From: an uncultured Bacilli bacterium
Lineage (GTDB): Bacteria; Bacillota_I; Bacilli_A; RF39; UBA660
Direction: 5' to 3'
Assembly: GCA_944331715.1 (NCBI GenBank)
Contig: CALVIP010000001.1
Coordinates: 11,067-75,066, forward strand
DNA length: 64,000 bases
The position numbers and the translations under genes are program-made. The notes under the pieces were generated by a model. The model saw only the letters and a program-made list of their open reading frames with translations. It searched no databases and was not told the DNA's origin. The number at the start of each line of letters is the position of its first letter. Position 1 is the first letter of the stretch. Of the stretch, positions 29,626-38,163 are shown one piece after another.

Positions 29626-30075
29626 CTATTTATTATCTTTCCACTCATGATAAAGAATATCTTTTAAAACTAACATACTATCTTGTTCATTATAACAATA
29701 CTCACTAGATAAACTATCAAGCATCATTCTAATTCCTTTAGCATATTTAGATATATCTACCTCTTTTTGATATGTTACTAATACTTTATATTTCTTACCC
29801 CAAGCATTTGTCCAATTAATTTTTGATTCTTTCGCCTCATCAGTATTTTTAATAATTTCTTCTATTTCTTTTAAATCCACATCAAGCTCTATTAACTCAT
29901 CTAAAGATAGTTTATATAATTTTGAAAGTTTTTTGGCCTGATAAATATCTGGAATAGTTTCATTGGTTTCCCATTTTGAAATAGTTTGTCTACTAACCCC
30001 TAATTTTTCTGCAACTCTTTCTTGTGATAACCCTGCCTTCTTTCTTGCCTCAAACAAATTATTTCCTAAACTCAT
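29626..30075 (-). CDS. XRE-family HTH protein
   Basis: LSQERVAEKLGVSRQTISKWETNE. SD GGAGGT precedes the ATG at 30075. Confidence 0.8.
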   Translation of the reverse strand: MSLGNNLFEARKKAGLSQERVAEKLGVSRQTISKWETNETIPDIYQAKKLSKLYKLSLDELIELDVDLKEIEEIIKNTDEAKESKINWTNAWGKKYKVLVTYQKEVDISKYAKGIRMMLDSLSSEYCYNEQDSMLVLKDILYHEWKDNK

Positions 30076-30203
30076 TTTATCAACCTCCAAATTAAGTGTA
30101 CTACCTTAAACTATCTTTTTCTATCAACAATACTTTACATTTTTGCTAGTTTTCTTAACACACCAAGCATATATACTAAAAAATAAAGGAATCTATATCA
30201 AAA

Positions 30204-30509
30204 TTAGAAAATTCCCTTATTATACTTAAATTGCCCATAAAGTAGAAAAACTAGACCAACGATAACTCCTACTAAAGTAATAAGCCATAGACTTTCAATA
30301 TCAAAAATCATTTGTAAAATAGCAGTTATAGTTAAACTAACTCCAATTATTATTGTTCCAAGCCCCATTGCTTCTCCATATTTCCTAGAATTTTCTTTTG
30401 TAATTCTTGTTCTATTATACCAATGAATAGAAGAAATATTACCTTTATAATTTAAAATTCCTAAAACTATAATGCATATACCAAAAATTAACATAAATAT
30501 ATATTCCAT
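30204..30509 (-). CDS. small membrane protein (DUF3784-like)
   Basis: 101 aa with three TM segments. HWYNRTRITKENSRKYGEAMG loop. Confidence 0.5.
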   Translation of the reverse strand: MEYIFMLIFGICIIVLGILNYKGNISSIHWYNRTRITKENSRKYGEAMGLGTIIIGVSLTITAILQMIFDIESLWLITLVGVIVGLVFLLYGQFKYNKGIF

Positions 30510-30670
30510 AATTTTAACCTCTCTTTACCATTACTACTTATAATTATTTATTATCTTTTTTTACTTTTTTGTTACTTCTTCTAAATCAGCATTTGAAATG
30601 CAATTTATATTTCTTATCACTTTTACCTCCACAATTTATAAACGTTCACTTTCTAATAAATATCTTTATC

Positions 30671-31993
30671 TTAAATTCTATGTTTTCTCTTCCATTCCTT
30701 TATCTGCTCTAACCTTTCTTTAAATCTAAGCTCTTTTCCTTCCATAGTAGGTTCATAATATACTTTACCTTTTAAAGAAGGAGGAAGACACTCCATAGTA
30801 GTTAATTTATCTTTACTATCATGAGCATATTGATATCCTTTTCCATAATTTAAGTCTTTCATTAATTTAGTAGGAGCATTTCTAATATTTAAAGGAACAG
30901 GTTCTGCTAACATCTTTTTAGCATCCTCACTAGCTTTCATATAAGCGGTATAACAAGCATTAGATTTAGGTGCTAAAGACATATAAATAACCGCTTCTGT
31001 TAAGTGAACATTACATTCAGGATAACCTATAAAGTGACAAGCCTCGTAAACATTAATCGCTACATTTAAAGCATTAGTATCAGCAAGGCCTATATCTTCT
31101 GCAGCAAATCTTGTAATTCTTCTAGCAATATATAAAGGATCTTCTCCTGCTTCTATCATTCTAGATAACCAGTAAATAGCAGCATCAGGATCACTATTAC
31201 GCATTGATTTATGTAAAGCAGAAATAATATTATAGTGCTCTTCTCCATTCTTATCGTATAATAAAGTCTTTTTAGTTAAACATTCTTCTATTATTTCTTT
31301 AGTAACTTTAATAGAGCCATCAGATAAAACATTAGAATTAGTTATAATCATATCTAAAGAACTAAGAGCACTTCTGGCATCACCATTTGCAAAATCAGCA
31401 ATTATTTTTAAAAGATTATCTTCTATAATAACTTTCTCTTTACCAAAACCTCTATCATCAGTAATCGCTCTTTTTAAAATAACTAAAATATCATCACTAG
31501 TTAATTCTTTTAAAACAAATACTCTACATCTTGAAAGTAAAGCGTTATTAATTTCAAAGGAAGGATTCTCTGTTGTCGCTCCAATTAAAACAATAGAACC
31601 TTTCTCAACAAAAGGCAAGAAAGCATCTTGTTGAGCCTTATTAAATCTATGTATTTCATCTACAAAAACAATTGTCTTAACACCTAATCTTTTATTGACC
31701 TCTGCTTCTTCCATTACCTTTTTTATTTCTTTAATTCCCGATGTAACAGCAGAAAACGTAATAAAATCCGATTTAGTTTCATTAGCAATTATTCTAGCAA
31801 GAGTAGTTTTCCCAACTCCTGGAGGTCCCCAAAAAATCATTGAAGAAACATTATCACTTTCAATTATCTTTCTAAGTAATTTATCTTTACCAATTAAATG
31901 TTCTTGTCCTACAAATTCATCTAAATTAACTGGTCTCATTCTAGATGCTAAAGGTTCATTTAAAGGATTTTCAAAAATACTTGTCTGTTCCAT
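30671..31993 (-). CDS. rarA: replication-associated recombination protein A (MgsA/RarA AAA+ ATPase)
   Basis: 440 aa. GPPGVGKTT, VFVDEIHRFNK, and a conserved C-terminal MgsA region (LHKSMRNSDPDAAIYWL). Confidence 0.9.
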   Translation of the reverse strand: MEQTSIFENPLNEPLASRMRPVNLDEFVGQEHLIGKDKLLRKIIESDNVSSMIFWGPPGVGKTTLARIIANETKSDFITFSAVTSGIKEIKKVMEEAEVNKRLGVKTIVFVDEIHRFNKAQQDAFLPFVEKGSIVLIGATTENPSFEINNALLSRCRVFVLKELTSDDILVILKRAITDDRGFGKEKVIIEDNLLKIIADFANGDARSALSSLDMIITNSNVLSDGSIKVTKEIIEECLTKKTLLYDKNGEEHYNIISALHKSMRNSDPDAAIYWLSRMIEAGEDPLYIARRITRFAAEDIGLADTNALNVAINVYEACHFIGYPECNVHLTEAVIYMSLAPKSNACYTAYMKASEDAKKMLAEPVPLNIRNAPTKLMKDLNYGKGYQYAHDSKDKLTTMECLPPSLKGKVYYEPTMEGKELRFKERLEQIKEWKRKHRI

Positions 31994-31997
31994 ATTA

Positions 31998-32204
31998 TCA
32001 CTGCTTTCCGTCCTTATTATATTTTACAATTGTATATAATAATAGTAAAATTCCTATTAAATTAATACCAATAGATAGTCCTAATAATAATCCTGAAGTA
32101 AATTCTTGGAAACTACTATTACTATCAGAAAAAAATGACAAAGCTAAATATAATAGATTACCTAAAATAATAAGAGCCACACTAACTTTTAATCTCTTTA
32201 ACAT
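31998..32204 (-). CDS. small two-TM membrane protein
   Basis: 68-aa ORF, 4 nt upstream of rarA, with two hydrophobic helices. Weak SD. Confidence 0.4.
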   Translation of the reverse strand: MLKRLKVSVALIILGNLLYLALSFFSDSNSSFQEFTSGLLLGLSIGINLIGILLLLYTIVKYNKDGKQ

Positions 32205-32269
32205 AATTCTCTAACATTCCTTTCTATCGTCCTTCCAGTCCTCTGAAAGGCACAAATTGAGATGAAAAG

Positions 32270-32297
32270 TTGACTTATATCTAAAATCATTTATAAT
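32270..32297 (+). promoter_or_regulatory. near-consensus sigma-A promoter with no ORF behind it
   Basis: TTGACT (32270-32275), 16 nt, TATAAT (32292-32297). Confidence 0.5.
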
Positions 32298-32303
32298 AAC
32301 TAT

Positions 32304-32524
32304 CAGTTGTTGGTACACTACAGAGCACGGTGAGGTGAGTGGTGTTAAGAAATGTTTCTTAAACCCGTATAATTATATGTGTCGTTTATCTCTAGAGTAC
32401 AAATGAGTGTAGCCTGTAGATTATTATTCTACTTTTATGAGCACGGAACCTTAACTTTGGTAAAACAATTCTCAAGTTTTCAAGTGGAGATTTACAGTCA
32501 ATGCCACAACTCATTTATTTTTGT
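32304..32524 (+). ncRNA. candidate ~220-nt structured RNA (class unknown)
   Basis: G+C-richer than its flanks. Long-range helix GUGAGUGGUG (32335-32344) with CACAACUCAU (32505-32514), 9/10 pairs, followed by a UUAUUUUUGU run. Inner helix CUGUAGAU (32414-32421) with AUUUACAG (32490-32497). Perfect hairpin UUAAGAAA-ug-UUUCUUAA (32345-32362). GAGCACGG occurs twice. Confidence 0.3.
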
Positions 32525-32826
32525 CGATAATTATTATGAACACGAATTTTTGCGTTTTCTCACAAAATCTTTTTTGCGTGTTTATTTTTTAGATATTTTT
32601 TTCAACCTTCTCCTCATTAACTTTTCTAAGACTATTATACTTTAGAAGGTTTAGTTTTACAACTAACAAAAAGACTAGCAGTGCTTATATAACTGAGTTA
32701 AAAAATAACTCTCATATTCAATAACTTGAATAAATCATATAAGACTTATATGCCAGTTTTTTACATCAAGTATTTATATATAAATAAAACAAATCTTTTA
32801 AAAAGACTAACAATTTGTACAAATTT

Positions 32827-33609
32827 CTATACTTCAGTTATTATTCCTAAATCAATAAGCATAATACCAATTAAAGAAAGTGCATTAAAATATTTATTAT
32901 TTAAATATTCTTCTGATTCTTTTCTAAATATTTTTAAATTTTCCTTTTTAAAATTTGATGGATCATATTTTCTTATTCCATAAGAATACATTGTTCTATG
33001 CATATTCTCTATCGCTAACATAAGTGATTTTTCATCTATATCAGTTAATTCAGGTATTATTTCTTTCATCTTCTTTTTAGCATCCGTTGCACTACTAAAA
33101 TTAGTTTTCCAAAATTGTTTAATAAAATTTGATAATTCAAAACTTTCAACGCAAGGATAACTGAGTAATAATAATCCATTCATATCATAATCATTATCTA
33201 GGGAACTTGTAAAAGTATTAAGTGCTTTCAAAACAACATCACTAGTATTTGAATCTGCATCTCTATCCCATAAAATATATATAGGTACATTTTTCAAACT
33301 TCTATTGTACTCTTTCTTTAAAAGATTATACAATTTATCTTTATAATTTTTATCTTCCATAATTGTTTTTATATTTGAATTAGATGTATTAGCAACAATT
33401 ATAGTTGAATTTTTATTATTTTTACTTTCAAATTTGTCTTTCATTACTTTATTTCTTCTAACTTGAACATAATTATAATCCAAAATCTTTGTAAAAATGT
33501 GCTTTAATAATTTAAATTCTTCCTTTTCCCCTTCTACTACTATAACAACTTCACCAATTGATTTATTTTTATTAATCTTTAAACTCTTTATTGTATTTTG
33601 GCATTCCAT
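32827..33609 (-). CDS. divergent RloB/Toprim-like protein (partner of the upstream AAA ATPase)
   Basis: VVIVVEGEKEEFKLL (CEGexTE-like), ILWDRDAD (DxD), SYPCVESFELSNF (like RloB sNPcFElW). SD GGAG precedes the ATG at 33609. 38-nt overlap with the ATPase 3' end. Confidence 0.6.
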   Translation of the reverse strand: MECQNTIKSLKINKNKSIGEVVIVVEGEKEEFKLLKHIFTKILDYNYVQVRRNKVMKDKFESKNNKNSTIIVANTSNSNIKTIMEDKNYKDKLYNLLKKEYNRSLKNVPIYILWDRDADSNTSDVVLKALNTFTSSLDNDYDMNGLLLLSYPCVESFELSNFIKQFWKTNFSSATDAKKKMKEIIPELTDIDEKSLMLAIENMHRTMYSYGIRKYDPSNFKKENLKIFRKESEEYLNNKYFNALSLIGIMLIDLGIITEV

Positions 33610-34735
33610 CAAACACTCCATTTAAATACATTTTCTCTATATTTTGTGATTCTCTTGGATTCTCATCTGAAAATCTTTTAATTAGAGTACCTTCTTTAGC
33701 ATCAAATTTAAATGAATAAATTTGGTCTGGTCTTAAAATTGAAGTATCTAATAAATTAGTAGAATGAGAAGTAAAAAATATTTGTGAATTTCCACTATTA
33801 TTAAAGAAATATTTTATTAAAGCTTCTTCTAATTCATTATGAAGTCCACTACTAAATTCATCAACAATAATAATAGAATTATTTTTAGTTACATAATTAA
33901 TAGGTAAAATCATATTCATAAAAGATTTATTACCAGTAGATTCAAGAGGTAAAGGCATTACAAAATTAGTGCCTTTCTTTTTTAAACCAATTGTTTCTTT
34001 AGTAGAATTTATAACTATTGTTTTATCAGTATTAGAAAACTGTTTATTAAATACAACTTCACTATTATAACCTAATTTTTCAATAAGTTTATTCAATTTA
34101 GTTGCATCATTACTTTCAGCATATTTTTCTATAATTTGTTCTGGTAGTTTTACTGGATTATATGACTTTATAGTTCTTCTTCCAAATAAACAGTTAATAT
34201 ATAGAGAGTTTTTTAAAAAATCAAACCATTTATTTAAAACTATATCATTATTAAATCTTGTATTATAATATTCTAATTTTAATAAAGCTAAGCTTGGATT
34301 AATATTATCATTATCTTTTTCTTCTCCAAAATAAGTTTTACCATTTTTCTTTAATCTTTCAAGCTTTAATTCATTATTAACAAATAATTTTTCTGAATTA
34401 ATTTCATTACCTTCAAATTCAACAGAATATTTAATATCATTACCATCAACATTAAATGTATAAACCAAACTAAATTTAGTACCTTTAGTATACATTGATT
34501 TTTTTACTATAAAATTTTGTTCAGTATTATCTAATAATAAGTCAAATAATAATACTATTGCTTGTAATACTTGAGTCTTACCAGAAGCGTTTTCACCAAC
34601 AAAAAGTGCTCCTTTTAATACTCTATTATCACCAACATTTGTTTCGTTTAATATTTTAGAATTAGTAGCTTTAAAATCAAAAGTTGTTTCTTTTATAAAA
34701 GTTGTATAATCTTTTAATGTAATTCCTGTTAGCAC
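33572..34735 (-). CDS. AAA_15/AAA_21-type (ABC-like) ATPase, AbiL/PARIS-class
   Basis: Walker A GENASGKTQ, Walker B IIIVDEFSSGLH, then FFTSHSTNLL. SD AGGAAGG lies 8 nt before GTG 34735. Confidence 0.75.
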   Translation of the reverse strand: MLTGITLKDYTTFIKETTFDFKATNSKILNETNVGDNRVLKGALFVGENASGKTQVLQAIVLLFDLLLDNTEQNFIVKKSMYTKGTKFSLVYTFNVDGNDIKYSVEFEGNEINSEKLFVNNELKLERLKKNGKTYFGEEKDNDNINPSLALLKLEYYNTRFNNDIVLNKWFDFLKNSLYINCLFGRRTIKSYNPVKLPEQIIEKYAESNDATKLNKLIEKLGYNSEVVFNKQFSNTDKTIVINSTKETIGLKKKGTNFVMPLPLESTGNKSFMNMILPINYVTKNNSIIIVDEFSSGLHNELEEALIKYFFNNSGNSQIFFTSHSTNLLDTSILRPDQIYSFKFDAKEGTLIKRFSDENPRESQNIEKMYLNGVFDGMPKYNKEFKD

Positions 34736-34897
34736 TTCTATCACCTTCCTACATTATATTATATTAAATAAATGTAAAAAAAATACAATTAATTTTATTT
34801 AAATGTATTTTTTTTACACTATTATACATTGTTTTCAATATATGTCAATATTCAAAAAGAAATAATCATAACTTCTCATTATATACACACTATATAT

Positions 34898-35269
34898 CTA
34901 CTTATCATAATATGAAATCTCTATTTTATTTCCATCTAAATCTTCAATAGCAAAACAAGTATAATTATCTAAACTATTAGGAATTTTTTCAGGTTCATAT
35001 AATATTTTTGCACCTATTTCTTTACACTTATTAAAAGCTTTATCTATATCATCAGTATATAAACCTAAAACTCCATTATTTCCTATAACTCTTTTATCAC
35101 CTGTCGCTTCAACAGAAATAATACCAAAGTAAGTTCTATTATCTCTATTTTGCCAGTCAGCCCATCTATTTTCAGTTATATTGGTGGGCTCTTCTTCAAA
35201 CAGTTTTGAGTAAAATTTTATTGCTTTGGTTATATCCTCTACCACAAAGTAAAAATTATCTATTCTCAT
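34898..35269 (-). CDS. VOC/glyoxalase-family protein
   Basis: 123 aa. MRIDNFYFVVEDITKAIKFYSKLF pattern. Confidence 0.7.
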   Translation of the reverse strand: MRIDNFYFVVEDITKAIKFYSKLFEEEPTNITENRWADWQNRDNRTYFGIISVEATGDKRVIGNNGVLGLYTDDIDKAFNKCKEIGAKILYEPEKIPNSLDNYTCFAIEDLDGNKIEISYYDK

Positions 35270-35278
35270 AAGTTTCTC

Positions 35279-35797
35279 CTAATCTATCTTATAAATATAA
35301 TTATCTTTTCTTGGCTTTTCTTTCGCTTCCATATCAGGATAGCCTAATATACAGTTACCTATTCCTTCATAGTCTCCAGTAATTCCTAAAGACTTTAATA
35401 TTTCTTTTCCCTCTTCCGTTTCAAATTCTTCTTTTGCTCGATGTATCCAACAACTACCAAGTCCTAAAGAACTTGCCGCTAGCATCATATTTTCCATAAC
35501 TAGGCTACCATCATAAATATATGTAGGAACTGACTTATCTGCTAGCACTACAATTACAACAGGAGCACCATAAAAAGGATCAATATCAACTCCCATAATC
35601 TTAGCATTTAATTTAGATAGCTTATCTCTAAGTTCTTTATTAGTAATAGCAATTATTATAGGAGATTGTCTGTTCATACCAGATGGTGCATAAGTACCCG
35701 CTTTTAATACTTCATCAATTAATTCAGTAGGAACCATATCACTTTTATATTTTTTTATACTTCTTCTTTCTACTATATTTTTAATAACATCGTTCAT
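35279..35797 (-). CDS. nitroreductase family protein
   Basis: RRSIKKYKSDMVP...APSGMNRQS pattern. Confidence 0.8.
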   Translation of the reverse strand: MNDVIKNIVERRSIKKYKSDMVPTELIDEVLKAGTYAPSGMNRQSPIIIAITNKELRDKLSKLNAKIMGVDIDPFYGAPVVIVVLADKSVPTYIYDGSLVMENMMLAASSLGLGSCWIHRAKEEFETEEGKEILKSLGITGDYEGIGNCILGYPDMEAKEKPRKDNYIYKID

Positions 35798-35860
35798 TAA
35801 TTATCCCTCCTACTTTAAGTATAACATTTTACCTAAAAGAAAAATAGTATTTTTAAATTA

Positions 35861-36157
35861 CTATTTATCACAATAAATCTTATCTAATTCTTCTTCTATA
35901 TCTTTGATAGTTTTCTTTAACTTTTCAATATCAGAGCCATCATTACTTTTATCTTTACTATCAATTTTACTAGCATCAATTGTAATTTGCTGAGAAGCAT
36001 ATGTTTGCATAGTAAGACCAACTAATTGTAACCAGTTCCCAATACTATCCTGCTCTTCTAAAGACAACTTTTGTGATAGTATTAAACCTATTAAAAAGGC
36101 CGATGTCGCAAAACTATTAGGTTCAATATTAAAAAATATTCTTTCCATAAGTATCAC
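35861..36157 (-). CDS. hypothetical small protein
   Basis: ORF track only. The likely start is the internal ATG at 36148. Confidence 0.4.
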   Translation of the reverse strand: MILMERIFFNIEPNSFATSAFLIGLILSQKLSLEEQDSIGNWLQLVGLTMQTYASQQITIDASKIDSKDKSNDGSDIEKLKKTIKDIEEELDKIYCDK

Positions 36158-36202
36158 TACCTATTAAAATTATTAATCTTTATAGTATATGCAAATATTA
36201 AT

Positions 36203-37285
36203 TTATGTATTTTTATAAAAAGAACAGTTTTTATCATGGGAATTAATAATACCTATCGCCTGTAAATAAGAATAAATAATGGTACTTCCTACGAATTTCA
36301 TACCTCTTTTCTTTAAATCCTTCGATATAGCATCTGATAAATCGTTAGTAGTCTTATCTGTTTCATAAATTATTTTATCTTCAGTAAATTCTTTTAAATA
36401 ATTATAAAAACTACCATACTCATTCTTTATATCTCTAAAAATATTAGCATTACTTATACTAGCTTTTATTTTTAATTTATTCCTAATAATATCTTTGTTA
36501 TCTAGTAATTCATTAATCTTTTTATCATCATAGGACCAAACTTTATCTAAATCAAAATTATCATAAGCTTTCCTAAAACTCTCTCTTTTATTTAAAACAC
36601 ATTCCCAAGATAGTCCTGCTTGAAATGATTCTAATATTAACATTTCAAATAAATATTTATCATTAAAGTTAGGTATTCCCCACTCTTCATCGTGATATTT
36701 AATGTATATTGGATTATTTAAATTACACCACTTACATCTTTTCATAATGCTGTATGCTGTTCCTTTCTTTGGAATAAATAATTTTTCCATATTAACTTTT
36801 TCGTGTTTTAATAAATAAATTTTCTTATCAATACCACCTGCATAACCAGTTAAACTACCATTAGATCCTACTACTCTATGACACGGTATAATTATAGAAA
36901 TAGGATTATGACTAACTGCACCACCTACCGCTTGACTAGACATCTTTTTAAGACCTTTTTGTTTAGCGATAGTATCTGCAATATCTTTATAAGTAATAAC
37001 TTCTCCATAAGGTATTTCACAAAGTATCTTCCAAACACTTTTTCTAAAGTTACTACCTAAAGGATTTAAATCAAGTTCATTTATACTAGGCTCTTCTCCC
37101 TTAAAATATCTATCTAGCCACTCTTTAGTCTTAATTAATATTTCTTTTTCTTCCTCTTTTATTTCATCTTTTAAGCAAGAAAAATAATATTTCTGGCCTT
37201 CTATCCATAAACCTATTAGTTTATTGTTTTGGGAAGCTAGTAAAATATCTCCTATTGGAGATTTATAATGAGTAGTATAAATCAT
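36203..37285 (-). CDS. fusion of methylated-DNA--protein-cysteine methyltransferase (Ogt/MGMT) and DNA-3-methyladenine glycosylase I (Tag)
   Basis: N-terminal half has the IIIPCHRVVGSNGSLTGYAGG MGMT active site. C-terminal half has CKWC...YHDEEWGIP...FEMLILESFQAGLSW... (Tag). The ATG at 37285 lies 4 nt after the toxN stop (TGA-TAAA-ATG). Confidence 0.8.
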   Translation of the reverse strand: MIYTTHYKSPIGDILLASQNNKLIGLWIEGQKYYFSCLKDEIKEEEKEILIKTKEWLDRYFKGEEPSINELDLNPLGSNFRKSVWKILCEIPYGEVITYKDIADTIAKQKGLKKMSSQAVGGAVSHNPISIIIPCHRVVGSNGSLTGYAGGIDKKIYLLKHEKVNMEKLFIPKKGTAYSIMKRCKWCNLNNPIYIKYHDEEWGIPNFNDKYLFEMLILESFQAGLSWECVLNKRESFRKAYDNFDLDKVWSYDDKKINELLDNKDIIRNKLKIKASISNANIFRDIKNEYGSFYNYLKEFTEDKIIYETDKTTNDLSDAISKDLKKRGMKFVGSTIIYSYLQAIGIINSHDKNCSFYKNT

Positions 37286-37289
37286 TTTA

Positions 37290-37808
37290 TCACCCACTAA
37301 CTTTTTGCTTATTATATTCCCTACATTTTTCTTCTAATAAAGGAAAATTGCAACATCTATCCCTAACATTTTTAGGTAATTTATCAGCTTTATATAAATT
37401 ATACAATAACTTAGATTTAGTATTAATAACTTTTTTATTAGCAGTTAACCATCTAAGTTGATTTCTAAGTAGTTCTATTCTAAACATCTCACTATTTTCA
37501 TTAGCCTTTTTATCCAAATCAAATTCAACATAATTATTACTAGTAATTGGAATCATATTATTAAAATTAACTACACCAAGTTCACCATTATTTATTTTAA
37601 TTAAATCTAAAGTGTTTCTTAAACTTTTATGCTTTGGCTTTGGTGAAGATAAAGGAGCAAAGTACTCACACTTACCTATCGTAAATAATACACCTATAAA
37701 AGGTCTTAAATCTTTTGTACCTGCATTATATGAAACCTTATTATCATATTTTCTCAAATAATCACAATAAAGAGAATCAACTTTTACTATTCTTAATTTT
37801 TTATACAT
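37290..37808 (-). CDS. toxN: type III toxin-antitoxin system ToxN/AbiQ-family endoribonuclease
   Basis: SD GGAGGTG precedes the ATG at 37808. RPFIGVLFTIGKCEYFAPLSSPKPKH...NFNNMIPI...CNFPLLEEKCREY closely parallels ToxN (…YLAPLTSPKKWH…CNFSLLEEKYRDF) as I remember it. Confidence 0.85.
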   Translation of the reverse strand: MYKKLRIVKVDSLYCDYLRKYDNKVSYNAGTKDLRPFIGVLFTIGKCEYFAPLSSPKPKHKSLRNTLDLIKINNGELGVVNFNNMIPITSNNYVEFDLDKKANENSEMFRIELLRNQLRWLTANKKVINTKSKLLYNLYKADKLPKNVRDRCCNFPLLEEKCREYNKQKVSG

Positions 37809-37923
37809 AAGCACCTCCATCTAAATCAATTTTTCTTATTTATTTCTTTTATAAATTAGTGTACTATAGAGAATATATGTTCGTCAATATATAAATTTAA
37901 ATATTTTATCATACAAAATAAAA

Positions 37924-37945
37924 GATTAGAGTTTGCTCTCTAACC
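37924..37945 (-). terminator. hairpin plus U-run separating the repeat RNA from toxN
   Basis: Minus strand UUAGAG-6nt-CUCUAA (37943-37926), followed by UCUUUUAUUUUGU. Confidence 0.5.
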
Positions 37946-37947
37946 TA

Positions 37948-38066
37948 CTTTTTTAACTGCCATTTATAGAGCTGGCTTCACTCACTTTTTTAGCTGCCAT
38001 TTATAGAGCTGGCTTCACTCGCTTTTTTAGCTGCCATTTAAGGCTGGCTTCACCTGCTTTTTTAAT
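37948..38066 (-). ncRNA. toxI: ToxI/antiQ-like antitoxin RNA: 3 full plus 1 partial tandem repeats (37, 37, 35 nt)
   Basis: Units on the plus strand: 37948-37984 CTTTTTTAACTGCCATTTATAGAGCTGGCTTCACTCA; 37985-38021 CTTTTTTAGCTGCCATTTATAGAGCTGGCTTCACTCG; 38022-38056 CTTTTTTAGCTGCCATTTAAGGCTGGCTTCACCTG; then CTTTTTTAAT. They lie directly upstream (minus strand) of the terminator and toxN. Confidence 0.8.
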
Positions 38067-38163
38067 ATTATATGCAAAATTAGCATAACATAATCACTTA
38101 TGTGCTTATAATATACCATATTTTTTTAATGAAGTCTATATATTTTTTTACCATCAACACTAA

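Noticed and set aside
30561-30620. 19-codon ORF (GTG; MIRNINCISNADLEEVTKK) 5 nt behind GGAGGT, upstream of the DUF3784-like gene.
   Set aside because: It is too short to support without conservation or expression data, and the SD match could be fortuitous.
32379-32983. Plus-strand ORFs 32379..32645 and 32726..32983 in the gene-free stretch.
   Set aside because: They have no SD and one has a TTG start. The products are Phe/Leu/Ile-rich with no motifs. The second overlaps the 3' end of the RloB-like gene. I treat the region as non-coding.
37948-38066. Tandem repeats considered as a mini CRISPR array.
   Set aside because: The units are directly abutting with no spacers. The ~36-nt period, the following terminator and the toxN gene fit a type III antitoxin RNA. 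No cas genes are in the window.
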